Of a stretch of 64,000 nucleotides of DNA, positions 10,088 through 19,702 are shown piece after piece (position 1 is the stretch's first letter; each line of letters opens with the position of its first letter). The notes under the pieces were generated by a model. The model was not told the origin of the DNA and did not search any database. It saw only the letters and a list, made by a program, of their open reading frames with translations. This stretch comes from Rubripirellula sp. (GTDB lineage: Bacteria > Planctomycetota > Planctomycetia > Pirellulales > Pirellulaceae), in NCBI GenBank assembly GCA_049889895.1, contig JBMHCO010000058.1, positions 116-64,115 of the forward strand, given 5' to 3'. Position numbers and translations under genes: made by a program.

Positions 10088-11069
10088 CTTGCCCCCTCCG
10101 CTTCTTCGTTTCTTTCACTGCCTGCTCGCGTCGATCCACTTGAGGCAATGAGCTTTGAAATTGCCGTATCACCTCTGCTCGGATCAACAATTCCACATCC
10201 CAACCTTCCAAACGCAATCTTGTGTCTAAATAAAACAACAAACGAGCAACAACACTGATGGCAGAAACCATCCACAGACCCGCCGGGAAAATCATCAGTA
10301 ACACGGGAAGATTTAGAAAGTCCCAACGAAGAAACAAGACACCCCGAAAGGACATCAACGTCATGACCAACGCGATGCTGAGCACAAAATAAACCACCCC
10401 CTGAATGAAAAACCGCCCCCCATTTTCACCGGACGACTTCCGGTGTAGATGATTCGATCTGGTTCTCAGCGTGATCCCCAGATTGCCACCTTCACGAGAT
10501 GCGTTACCTCGCACGGGACATTTCTCCAGTAAAATAATCTCAGGGACGAATGGATTCATTCCGCGTGTGAAAAACAAAACAAACAGCACCAGTACCGGAA
10601 ACAGGTAATCCCAAAAAAACGAAGCGGGTGAGCCCCAGCGAATCAGGAGCAACAGCATTACCGGGAGCACCAAACTCCGCATCATCAGCACCCAAAAGAT
10701 TGCGCTGCGTAGCTTCCACAACTCTCTGATGACCTCTGAACAACGAAGTCTCTCTTCAAAGATCTCACGGCCGAGCCAGAGTGTCACAAGCGAACCGGCT
10801 ACCGGTGTCTGCAGAGTCACCAAGACAGCCATCCAAGTTAAGTAGCGGTAAAGTTCATAGGTCGCCTCTTCATCAGCGATACCCAAACGTGCCTCACCAA
10901 TGGGTATCCAAGCAAGAAGAGCCAGATCCATTGCGACCCAGATGGCTGCACCGGTCAAGAATCCGATAATGATGGACCGCGGATGCGTCCGCAACATTGC
11001 GAGGGTCAAATCCCCAACTTCCGACATCGAACGGGGACGCATCACCAATTTGGCTTGATCAAGTTGCAT
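10068..11069 (-). CDS. Multi-pass membrane protein of the RDD/SpoIIM/MoxR cluster (GPDPase-membrane-domain-like)
   Basis: Likely start MQLDQAKLVMRPRS (ATG 11069). Starts RPRSMSEVGDLTLAML and ends LFYLDTRLRLEGWDVEL; about 5-6 TM segments. Confidence 0.75.
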   Translation of the reverse strand: MQLDQAKLVMRPRSMSEVGDLTLAMLRTHPRSIIIGFLTGAAIWVAMDLALLAWIPIGEARLGIADEEATYELYRYLTWMAVLVTLQTPVAGSLVTLWLGREIFEERLRCSEVIRELWKLRSAIFWVLMMRSLVLPVMLLLLIRWGSPASFFWDYLFPVLVLFVLFFTRGMNPFVPEIILLEKCPVRGNASREGGNLGITLRTRSNHLHRKSSGENGGRFFIQGVVYFVLSIALVMTLMSFRGVLFLRWDFLNLPVLLMIFPAGLWMVSAISVVARLLFYLDTRLRLEGWDVELLIRAEVIRQFQSSLPQVDRREQAVKETKKRRGQDELMHL

Positions 11070-12096
11070 CCCAAATCTCCGACTGGTCTTCGCGCGGAGC
11101 GGGAAGAGTTTGGGAATCTGGAAAACCAAGGATCACGAAATAGAAACTGATCAAACCAGATGAGAAAATCGCCCAAAAGGCTTTAATGACATAGGGAGCC
11201 GGGGACGGAGACAAGAACCCCTCGGTGAATGCAGCGAGAACAAATAGCATCGCCGAGGCCGCCATGATTGGTACGGCACGTGAAGCATTTTGCCGAATCG
11301 AGTCCATTCGAGTTAGACCACCGGTTCGAAAAAGTCCCACACCAAGTCTCAGCCCTGCACCCGCCGACAATGCAATCGCAGTTAATTCGAAAGGCCCGTG
11401 AGCTGTGACAAACTCAAAGAAATGGTCACCGGCAGCCCCATCGGACCTCGCCATGTAACCAAAGACCGCTCCTAGCTGGATCGCGTTAGAGGCGAGAACA
11501 TACAGACACGGAATCAGTAAGATCCCCCAAGCAAAACAGCGCAAGCCAATGCCGGTATTGTGCTGAATGTAGAAGCCGGACATCGTCACATAATGATCAA
11601 AGCTCGCATTAAGCGGCTGCTCAAAACTCTCATCCGCCTGCTGCAAAGCCTGCTGACCGGCAATCATTTCTGCGTAACCCGGAAAGAGTTGATCTTGGAA
11701 AGCGAGGTACATGGAAAGACAAAATAAGCCGAAGAAAACGATTGCTGAAACTCGGACGCATGGGTCACCAAAAATCCGCTTCGGTGCTTCAACAAATAGA
11801 ACCTGAATCCAGTCGCTCCACTCAATACGATGTGCCCGATACAGTTGATTATGAGATCTCGCGACTAGACGATGAAGGTACGCAACCGTTGCTGGCGGCA
11901 TTTGGTAAGCATCAGCCAAAGCGAGATCAGCGCAGGCAGAGCGGTAGAGAAAAGCAAAACGTTGAATCCGCTCCGCGCCTGAAACCTCACGATTCGCACC
12001 GCGGCGAGCCTTACCGGCCAATTCCAATTCATCGCACAATCGCTCCAGTTCTTCCCACGCTGGCTGGCGATCCTTCATCCGCTTTGCAACTCTCAC
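11059..12096 (-). CDS. Stage II sporulation protein M family (SpoIIM/DUF95) membrane protein
   Basis: WEELERL...YRSACADLALA...YLHRLVARSHNQLY; YIQHNTGIG; AHGPFELTAIALSAGAGL; AAFTEGFLSP. Confidence 0.9.
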   Translation of the reverse strand: MRVAKRMKDRQPAWEELERLCDELELAGKARRGANREVSGAERIQRFAFLYRSACADLALADAYQMPPATVAYLHRLVARSHNQLYRAHRIEWSDWIQVLFVEAPKRIFGDPCVRVSAIVFFGLFCLSMYLAFQDQLFPGYAEMIAGQQALQQADESFEQPLNASFDHYVTMSGFYIQHNTGIGLRCFAWGILLIPCLYVLASNAIQLGAVFGYMARSDGAAGDHFFEFVTAHGPFELTAIALSAGAGLRLGVGLFRTGGLTRMDSIRQNASRAVPIMAASAMLFVLAAFTEGFLSPSPAPYVIKAFWAIFSSGLISFYFVILGFPDSQTLPAPREDQSEIWDAT

Positions 12097-13073
12097 TGCA
12101 CCACCTCCGTTTGGTCACTTGATGGATCATGGGTAACATGATCCAGACGATCACTCTGAGCTTGATCTTTACTGATTTCAACGGCAGCAAACTGACGCAG
12201 GGGGCTGTAGCCACGCAGCGGCGAAAGATCCACTTCATGCCGATTTTCGCCGCTGCAAATCTCGGTTCTTAGGAACGCTTGATAGTACAGCGTATACATC
12301 ATCAAGTCGGGATCGATTTCCGGTCGAAAGCCAATCTGATCCAGCACGGGTTCAATCAACCGCTTGGCAATTTCTCGACGACGCGTCGAGGTCATCTCGG
12401 TGCGACGCTCCACATACGCCGCGAGGGCACGTGCCATGCTTCTTGAGATCCGATAGTCAGCGGGAAGATAGGTAGCCAGAGCCGGAACTCGCTTGTCGTC
12501 TACCTCATCGATTGGAATGCGCCAACGTTTTTCGTCAACAACTACCATGGTGCCCGCCGCAAGATCACCCAACCTCTGCATACGCCTCGTTAACATCATC
12601 GTCGAAAGTCCCACCAAGCCAGTGGGCACCATGTAAATTGGCGGCACTCCCTCAGCTAGGTTGCTGATCGCATACATCGGTGCGAGATCAGCGATTCTCA
12701 GGAGATTACGCAGCAAGGCACCGCGACCGGTCACCGGTCGACCGGTGACTTCAATTACTCGCGTGCCAGTAACCCATTTCCCAATAGTTCGACCATTGAA
12801 ATAAGTCTCCATCAGTGTCCCGTAAAACCAACTGATCACGAAGTAGACCAAAAAGGTTGCCGCAATCAAAAACGGACCGACCGAAAACACACTCAAGAAG
12901 AAACCGGAGAGGTAGACCGGCAAAAGGATCAAAAAAATGAGTGCCCAACGAGCAACAAAGTCAATCAGATAGGCGGGCAAACGCCGAAAAGGACCCGCCA
13001 ACTGATAATCGAACGCAATATTCTCTGGCGTGATGACTTCGATCGTGGTGTCGAGAGGTCGATAGGCAACCAT
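12093..13073 (-). CDS. RDD family membrane protein
   Basis: Likely start MVAYRPLDTTIEVITPENIAFDYQLAGPFRRLPAYLIDF; GRTIGKWVTGTRVI; LLRNLLRIAD; QRLGDLAAGTMVV. Confidence 0.92.
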   Translation of the reverse strand: MVAYRPLDTTIEVITPENIAFDYQLAGPFRRLPAYLIDFVARWALIFLILLPVYLSGFFLSVFSVGPFLIAATFLVYFVISWFYGTLMETYFNGRTIGKWVTGTRVIEVTGRPVTGRGALLRNLLRIADLAPMYAISNLAEGVPPIYMVPTGLVGLSTMMLTRRMQRLGDLAAGTMVVVDEKRWRIPIDEVDDKRVPALATYLPADYRISRSMARALAAYVERRTEMTSTRRREIAKRLIEPVLDQIGFRPEIDPDLMMYTLYYQAFLRTEICSGENRHEVDLSPLRGYSPLRQFAAVEISKDQAQSDRLDHVTHDPSSDQTEVVQ

Positions 13074-13217
13074 GAATGGAGTCGCATCCAACTGAGTCAA
13101 ACTAACCGCTAAGGACCAACCCACTGCCGCTTCATCGGGTTCGAATTTATCCTATCTGTATGCTAACCGCGAACAACGAAGTAATGGAGATTGAGTCTCA
13201 GCGGAACGTCCAACTTT

Positions 13218-15128
13218 TCAAAAAAGACCAGATATTTTGTCGATGAAGGCCCATCCCCCCGCCAAGAAAAGGCCAGCACTAGAAACCCACAATCCAAAAT
13301 CCCAACCGAGAGATGGCATTAACCGCTCATCGCTTCGACGATACCGGAAATACAAAGCCGCTACAGCTAACATCGGAAGCATGATCGCCTGCATCAATCC
13401 ACTGGCGAGAACGAGCTGTTTTGGTGCACGCACAAAAACATAGACCGTCAAACACAAAAGAGGTAACAGAGCGCAATAAAACATCAACCAGAATCGTTGC
13501 TTTCCTTGAGTTCCCGCCGAGCATCCGAACACTCGCATCGCATCGGCACACACTCGAGCGTGAGAAGCATTTGCGACAAAGAATGTCGAATACAACACAG
13601 CAAACGCACCGACTAAGAAAATAGCGTGTGCAGCCTCACCGAAGACAGGGACGTACATTTCCGCAAGTGTACGAACCATCTGAGAACCCTCGGGATTCAG
13701 CCCCGCTCTCTTGAGAACCGCGGCACCGAGCAGATAGAAAGCGACGGTTGCAAACGTGTAAACGATCATCGATGCCCATGCATCCCACCGCATCACGCGC
13801 AACCAACCACGAGCCCGCAGAGCCCAAGCGTCGGAGCCATCACGTGGCCCAACCCACCGCGCGTAACCTTTCTCCAAACACCAATACGGGTACTGAATCA
13901 ACTCCGTCGCTCCAACACCGATGATCCCAAAAGCCATCAACGCAGTGGACAACCCAGCAGATGTGCTCGGGAGCCGAAAGCTCATTCCGTAAACCACATC
14001 ATCCCAACTAACTCGCCACTCGGGAAGAGTTTGAAGATGAACCAGATTTGCGATCGTCACGAACGTAAATCCAGCAACCAAAACCGTTGAAAAAGCCTGC
14101 ACCAAGCGATAGCGGCCCAACACAAGAAACACCATGCTGGTGAAAGTGATCAAGGTCGCCCACCAAACCTCATCACTCGCTCTAGGAGGCCCCCTAAGCT
14201 TGCGTTCGGTAGCGGATGCTCCTGACAACCAACTCTCCGCTTGGGCCAACCGCACTTGATCGCTAACGGAAGCCACTTCTTGCTCTCGATCACGTATTTG
14301 CTCACGTGCAACACGAACACTCGCGGTGGCCTGTTCTAAGTCAACCGCTGCTTGCTCGTACTCTGGTTTCGCAAGATAGTCTTTCTCGATTACTTCAATC
14401 GCCTCGGACAACTCGTCAAAACGTTTTTGCCAACGAGTCACATCCGCACCAGCCTCATCACCGAACTCTTCACGCGCTCGCGAGATCAAACTCTCGGTCA
14501 CATTTTTCTCAATCAATAAATCCTGGTAATGATTATGTAACTTGCCTGCTTTGGTAATCGGAAAACTCATGGTGACTGCCTGACCAACGCCACCAACAAT
14601 CCCTCCAAGTTGAGCGAGGGAAACCAAAAACATCACAAGCCAATACCAAAGAATCCAATTCACACGAAATCGAGGCCCAGGCACCTCGTTCAAGCCGTCC
14701 AGCGTCGTCCTGCCGTGCACGAGGGTGTAACGCCCAAACTCAACCTGTGCGAAAACCTTGATCATGCAGCCCACAATGATCAGCCACATCAACGTAAAGC
14801 CCGCTTCAGCACCCACAGCGGTCGTAGCAATCAATTCACCCGAACCAACAATCGATCCCGCGATAATTAAACCTGGCCCGAGCTGCTTGATAATTCCCAC
14901 AGTACTGGTTGGTGGATCAAGGACCCCAAGCGATTGCTCCACCAAACCGCTCTCACCAGAAGAGAACTTATCCCCCGTCAGGCCCGAATGATTTCCACTT
15001 TGATCCATGCAACCCTCGGCAACTGATACACCCTGATTTCCCAGCACTCGTTTCCCAGCACTCGCATCATAACTCATTACAACACACCAGATTTCCAGTG
15101 AACATGCATTGAGATATAACGGGAACAA
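13218..15128 (-). CDS. Nramp-related (APC superfamily) transporter with a coiled-coil insertion
   Basis: LGPGLIIAGSIVGSGELIATT; FGIIGVGATELIQYPYWCLEKG; GAFAVLYSTFF. True start is probably 15077 or 15008. Confidence 0.85.
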   Translation of the reverse strand: MFPLYLNACSLEIWCVVMSYDASAGKRVLGNQGVSVAEGCMDQSGNHSGLTGDKFSSGESGLVEQSLGVLDPPTSTVGIIKQLGPGLIIAGSIVGSGELIATTAVGAEAGFTLMWLIIVGCMIKVFAQVEFGRYTLVHGRTTLDGLNEVPGPRFRVNWILWYWLVMFLVSLAQLGGIVGGVGQAVTMSFPITKAGKLHNHYQDLLIEKNVTESLISRAREEFGDEAGADVTRWQKRFDELSEAIEVIEKDYLAKPEYEQAAVDLEQATASVRVAREQIRDREQEVASVSDQVRLAQAESWLSGASATERKLRGPPRASDEVWWATLITFTSMVFLVLGRYRLVQAFSTVLVAGFTFVTIANLVHLQTLPEWRVSWDDVVYGMSFRLPSTSAGLSTALMAFGIIGVGATELIQYPYWCLEKGYARWVGPRDGSDAWALRARGWLRVMRWDAWASMIVYTFATVAFYLLGAAVLKRAGLNPEGSQMVRTLAEMYVPVFGEAAHAIFLVGAFAVLYSTFFVANASHARVCADAMRVFGCSAGTQGKQRFWLMFYCALLPLLCLTVYVFVRAPKQLVLASGLMQAIMLPMLAVAALYFRYRRSDERLMPSLGWDFGLWVSSAGLFLAGGWAFIDKISGLF

Positions 15129-15224
15129 TTCAAGGAAAAACGCACGAGGCGAATCGCAATCCTTTCATCTCCGATTCGATACATCGCACCCCAGTGAACT
15201 CTGAGACCCGAGGAATTTGTCAAC

Positions 15225-16211
15225 GTGATGCGAAAAACAGTACGATTCGGGATTCTCGGAACGGGGCGTATCACACGGCGTCTGATCGCGGACCTACAGT
15301 CGACCGACGGCGTGGAAGTGAGTGCAATTGCAAGCCGAGAGATGAGCCGAGCACGGTGGTATGCAGATCAGCATGGAATTCCAACCGCTATTGAGGGATA
15401 TGAAAACCTCTTAAAACGCGAAGACATTGATGCAGTCTACATCGCGTTACCCCCAGCCCTCCATCACTCACTCGCCTTGAGCACCGCAGAAAACCACAAG
15501 GACCTGCTCTGCGAAAAACCTCTAGCAGTAAACCTCAACCAAACAGAAGAGATCGAAAAAGCATTCACTGAGAACCGGTGGCTTGACGCCACAGGATGGC
15601 TCCATCACCCGAGAACCGATGCTTTTTCAACATGGCTCAGCGACGGTTCGCTAGGCCAGATCACACATCTCAGTGCTGCATTGTCCTTCCACCAACCTTT
15701 CGTCTCGGATGACCACAGATTGAAAGCCGAATTAGGCGGAGGCTGCCTCCTTGATCTAGGCTGGTACGTCTTTGGATTTGCTCGTTTCTTCTGCCACAAA
15801 AACCCGATCGCAATCTACGCGGATGCTCTCAATCAAGCCGGCGTACCTCAACGCGTCAATGCGATGCTTTGGTTCGATGACGATACAACCGCTACCCTAT
15901 CATGTGGATACGATACCGCCACACGAAAGTGGTTTGAAGTTGCGGGAAGTGCCGCATCCCTCATCTGCGATGACTTCACCCGCCCTTGGCATGACAGACC
16001 CACAAGGTGCTGGATTCACGAAGCGTCTGGAAAAGTCCAAAGCCACACCTTTGAGGGGAACCAAGAACGCAAAATGATTGAAACTTTTATCAGCGAAAAA
16101 CCTCTGACCCGCTTCCATCAACAGGCAACCGACACGGCGAGGATCATTCACGCAGCGTCCAAATCCATTGAACGCGGAACAAAAGTATTACTCGCTGACT
16201 TGGGACTATAA
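15225..16211 (+). CDS. Gfo/Idh/MocA family oxidoreductase
   Basis: VRFGILGTGRI; DAVYIALPPALH; LLCEKP; GGGCLLDLGWY. Confidence 0.93.
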   Translation: MMRKTVRFGILGTGRITRRLIADLQSTDGVEVSAIASREMSRARWYADQHGIPTAIEGYENLLKREDIDAVYIALPPALHHSLALSTAENHKDLLCEKPLAVNLNQTEEIEKAFTENRWLDATGWLHHPRTDAFSTWLSDGSLGQITHLSAALSFHQPFVSDDHRLKAELGGGCLLDLGWYVFGFARFFCHKNPIAIYADALNQAGVPQRVNAMLWFDDDTTATLSCGYDTATRKWFEVAGSAASLICDDFTRPWHDRPTRCWIHEASGKVQSHTFEGNQERKMIETFISEKPLTRFHQQATDTARIIHAASKSIERGTKVLLADLGL

Positions 16212-16371
16212 TTAGCAAATCCGAGGCTGCTTACGTTCTCAGCCGGTTACAATTGCCGATAGTCGTTTTCTGCTGAGATACACAACGGTCTCATTAAAGG
16301 CGTTCGTTTTTCATTCGCCAGCGTCAATTGCTCACTGCTACCTATCCCCACCCCGACACAAGGCGAATTCC

Positions 16372-18126
16372 ATGCGAGTTCTAGGACACTTGCTCCAAAG
16401 AACGGTGCGATGGGGATGGCTATTCTTTCTTATCCTGATTGCATTTCGCCACCTCACCTCGGGCTTATCCGAAACGCCCGCGTCACTCGAAATCGTCGCC
16501 CTGACCTCGAATCAAGCCAAGCCCTCAACAAAGTTGATCGATTCATCCGTCGATAGCCTTACAGGTAAACCTGACAGCCTATCAGGGAATCTCTGGACGG
16601 AAGACGATCAAAAAGACCTGCATCTTTCAATCGAAAACGCCAACCGGATCCACGACACCCATCTTCTCGCTCTCGGCTTACGAAAGTCAGGGGTAGCTGA
16701 TTGGCTTACCATCTGCCGAAGACTTTCACTAGCGTTGGTTGGAAGCGGTCTGTCACTCGAGGAGATCCGTGAACTTGAGAACTATCCAACTGAACAGCGA
16801 GAACGGGTTCACCTGCAAAACCTGCTCTCTGATTCAAGGCACCACCACTACTGGGCAGAGCGGTGGGCCAGATACTTAGTTGGAACTGAAGGGGGACAAT
16901 TCATTGTTTATCGACGACGAAGATTTCGAATCTGGCTCACCGAAGTCATTTCTGAGAATCGCCCCTACGATCAAATGGTTCATGACCTACTGACCGCTGA
17001 GGGACTATGGACCGATCGGCCCGAGGTCAACTTCTACACTGCAACCTTCGATAGCAACGATGGAAACGCGGACCCAATCCGATTGGCAGCGAGGACTGCT
17101 CGCGTTTTTCTTGGACTTCGAATTGATTGCCTACAATGCCACGATGACTTCCTCGGGAATGTGAATCTTGGCGACGCCGACCAACTTCGGGAAGGAAAGC
17201 AAGAAGACTTCCATCAGCTCGCTTCCTTTTTCACCGCCGCAAAGACAAACGGCCTCCAAGGAATCAAAAGTGGTTTCAGCGATTACAAATATCAGTACTT
17301 GGACGAGAACCAAGAAGTCACGGTAGAGCCAAAGGTGCCATACGCTGAACACCTAATGCCGAACGTCGACGATCCTCGGGAAAGACTGGCCGGTTGGATC
17401 ACGCATCCGGATAACAAACAAGCGGCTCGTTCCGCGGTGAGCCATATTTGGGGACTGCTATTTGGACTTCCAATCGGCAATAGCGTTGACAATCTGCCTA
17501 TTGATGAAGAAGCCCATCCTTTACTTGACGCCCTAGCTCAGGATTTCATCGAACACCGATACGACATGCGTCGTCTTATCAGAGTCATTAGCGGACTGGA
17601 TGCCTTTCGATTGGACAGCCGAGCTGACTTTACCGTCACCCAAAAGCACGAATCGGAGTACGCGGTTTTTCCTCTCGTACAACTTCGCCCCGAGCAGGTC
17701 GCTGGGTCGATTATCCAGGCATCTCGAATCAAAAAAACCGATCGCGATTCCTCGCTCTTACTACAATTCCAAAAGCTCGCTGCGACCAATGAATTTGTGC
17801 AGCGATTCGGAGACCGTGGCGAAGATGAACTAGAATCCGAACATGTTACGATCACACAACGCTTACTAATGATGAACGGGAAGATGGTTCGTGAGAGCGT
17901 CGAATCAAACCCGATCCTCAACACGACCGCTCACCTATCGATGTTTGCAAAAGATGACTCAATGGTTGTCGATAACGCCTACCTATGCGTCCTGAATCGA
18001 CTTCCAACTCAAACTGAACAGGAACGCTTCCTTCAACGCTTGAAAGAAAGTCAAAACCGTAGCGAAGCGATAGAGGATTTGATGTGGGTACTCACAAACA
18101 GCAGCGAACTCACGTGGAATCATTGA
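16372..18126 (+). CDS. DUF1549/DUF1553 (planctomycete cytochrome c-type) protein
   Basis: TICRRLSLALVG...HYWAERWARYL (DUF1549); heme motif IDCLQCHD; LAGWITHPDN...HPLLDALAQDF (DUF1553); EDLMWVLTNSSE. Confidence 0.9.
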   Translation: MRVLGHLLQRTVRWGWLFFLILIAFRHLTSGLSETPASLEIVALTSNQAKPSTKLIDSSVDSLTGKPDSLSGNLWTEDDQKDLHLSIENANRIHDTHLLALGLRKSGVADWLTICRRLSLALVGSGLSLEEIRELENYPTEQRERVHLQNLLSDSRHHHYWAERWARYLVGTEGGQFIVYRRRRFRIWLTEVISENRPYDQMVHDLLTAEGLWTDRPEVNFYTATFDSNDGNADPIRLAARTARVFLGLRIDCLQCHDDFLGNVNLGDADQLREGKQEDFHQLASFFTAAKTNGLQGIKSGFSDYKYQYLDENQEVTVEPKVPYAEHLMPNVDDPRERLAGWITHPDNKQAARSAVSHIWGLLFGLPIGNSVDNLPIDEEAHPLLDALAQDFIEHRYDMRRLIRVISGLDAFRLDSRADFTVTQKHESEYAVFPLVQLRPEQVAGSIIQASRIKKTDRDSSLLLQFQKLAATNEFVQRFGDRGEDELESEHVTITQRLLMMNGKMVRESVESNPILNTTAHLSMFAKDDSMVVDNAYLCVLNRLPTQTEQERFLQRLKESQNRSEAIEDLMWVLTNSSELTWNH

Positions 18127-18287
18127 CTTTCGGAACGCGTCGATCAGAAAAAATATTAAAGGGTGTACACAAGGCCATTGCAGCGACTTCCTGCGTGACA
18201 GTGACTATTAATCCTTAAACTCGCTGTGAAAAAATGCACTCACTTACAAACGCATCAAACATCAACGATTCACGCAAGAACAGCACC

Positions 18288-19613
18288 ATGAATGCAGATC
18301 ATTCGTCGCCACTCTGCGATATACAGACGCACCAAATTTCGCGACGGATGCTCTTAGCATCAGGTGCCTCAACATCATTATTAAGTTCGATCTCACGAGC
18401 ATTTGCGAGCGATGAGAACACACGCAAGAACCAAGTTGAATCGCCCAGAAATGTCATCTTGCTGTGGCTAGAGGGAGGACCGAGCCAGTGGGAAACGTTT
18501 GACCCGCACCCCACAAGTCGCTTTGGCGGCGAAGCGAAAGCGATACAGACAACAGTCAAGGATTTAACGATCTCTGATCTGCTGCCTCAAACTGCTGAGA
18601 TCATGCATCATGCTGCGTTAATTAGAAGCCTGACCAGCAAGGAAGGGGATCACCAACGCGCAATCTACAACATTAAGGCAGGTTATCGACCTGACCCAAC
18701 GCTAATCCATCCCGCTATTGGTGCGGTGCTGTGCCATCAGGATCCGCAGACGGTGGATATTCCGAGACACATTTCAATCATTCCGCAGAACAGCCCCGGA
18801 CGTGGTGGCTATCTTGGCGCCGAACACGATGCATTCAAGGTCAACGATCCGGCAAGCCCCGTTCCCGATGTCCGCAGCAGCGTTTCTAAGAAGCGAGCAG
18901 ACCAACGAATCACGGATCTCTATTCAACAGTTGAAAAGGAATTCCGCAGGGGACGCCTGCAAAAGCTAGAAATGGAACGGACGCTCCACAAGACCGCAAC
19001 AGATGCTGCGTTGCAAATGATGTCAAGCGATCAACTTGATGCATTTGATGTGACCAAGGAGTCCGCTACCCTGCGTGACGGGTTCGGCGACACAGCATTC
19101 GGTCGCGGCTGCCTTGCTGCGGTAAGACTCATTCAAGCGGGGGCACGTTGCGTCGAAGTCACACTCGGTGGATGGGATTCCCATGTGACCAACCATCGAC
19201 TTCAAGCCGCCGGCTGCGCCACACTAGATCCGGCTCTCGCATCACTCATCAAACTACTCAAGGAGCGAGACCTTTTCGAGTCGACACTCGTCGTCTGTGG
19301 CGGCGAATTTGGGCGAACCCCTAGAATCAATCCAGCCGAAGGCCGTGATCATTGGCCACACGGATTCCCAATGCTGCTCGCGGGATGCGGAATCGGTGAA
19401 GGACGGGTTTACGGTGCAACATCACCCGAGCCAAAACTAGATGCCTCAAATCCTCTCGAACACGTAGAAAATCCGGTTACCATCGGCGATCTCCATGCGA
19501 CCATCTACACCGCTCTGGGACTCGAACCGCACCTTGAGTACCAAACCCCTATCGGTAGGCCAATGAAAAGAAGTGATGGCAACGCGATTCGTGAGATCCT
19601 GCGCGAAGCATAG
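18288..19613 (+). CDS. DUF1501 domain protein
   Basis: SRRMLLA twin-Arg-like leader; ILLWLEGGPSQWETFDP; GWDSH; GGEFGRTPRIN; GRDHWP. Confidence 0.95.
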   Translation: MNADHSSPLCDIQTHQISRRMLLASGASTSLLSSISRAFASDENTRKNQVESPRNVILLWLEGGPSQWETFDPHPTSRFGGEAKAIQTTVKDLTISDLLPQTAEIMHHAALIRSLTSKEGDHQRAIYNIKAGYRPDPTLIHPAIGAVLCHQDPQTVDIPRHISIIPQNSPGRGGYLGAEHDAFKVNDPASPVPDVRSSVSKKRADQRITDLYSTVEKEFRRGRLQKLEMERTLHKTATDAALQMMSSDQLDAFDVTKESATLRDGFGDTAFGRGCLAAVRLIQAGARCVEVTLGGWDSHVTNHRLQAAGCATLDPALASLIKLLKERDLFESTLVVCGGEFGRTPRINPAEGRDHWPHGFPMLLAGCGIGEGRVYGATSPEPKLDASNPLEHVENPVTIGDLHATIYTALGLEPHLEYQTPIGRPMKRSDGNAIREILREA

Positions 19614-19702
19614 AATGATCCCATCGATTTACCGAGGGAGTTGACGCCGAGTAAAAATGAGGTGATCTCTGCCCGAGCCAATTCCTTTCAAAGTTACACT
19701 CG

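Noticed and set aside
13130-13160. tRNA T-loop-like GGTTCGAAT
   Set aside because: No cloverleaf stems or acceptor arm around it.
13218-15128. Annotation as mntH
   Set aside because: Lacks the DPGN and TM6 metal-binding motifs of true Nramp transporters.
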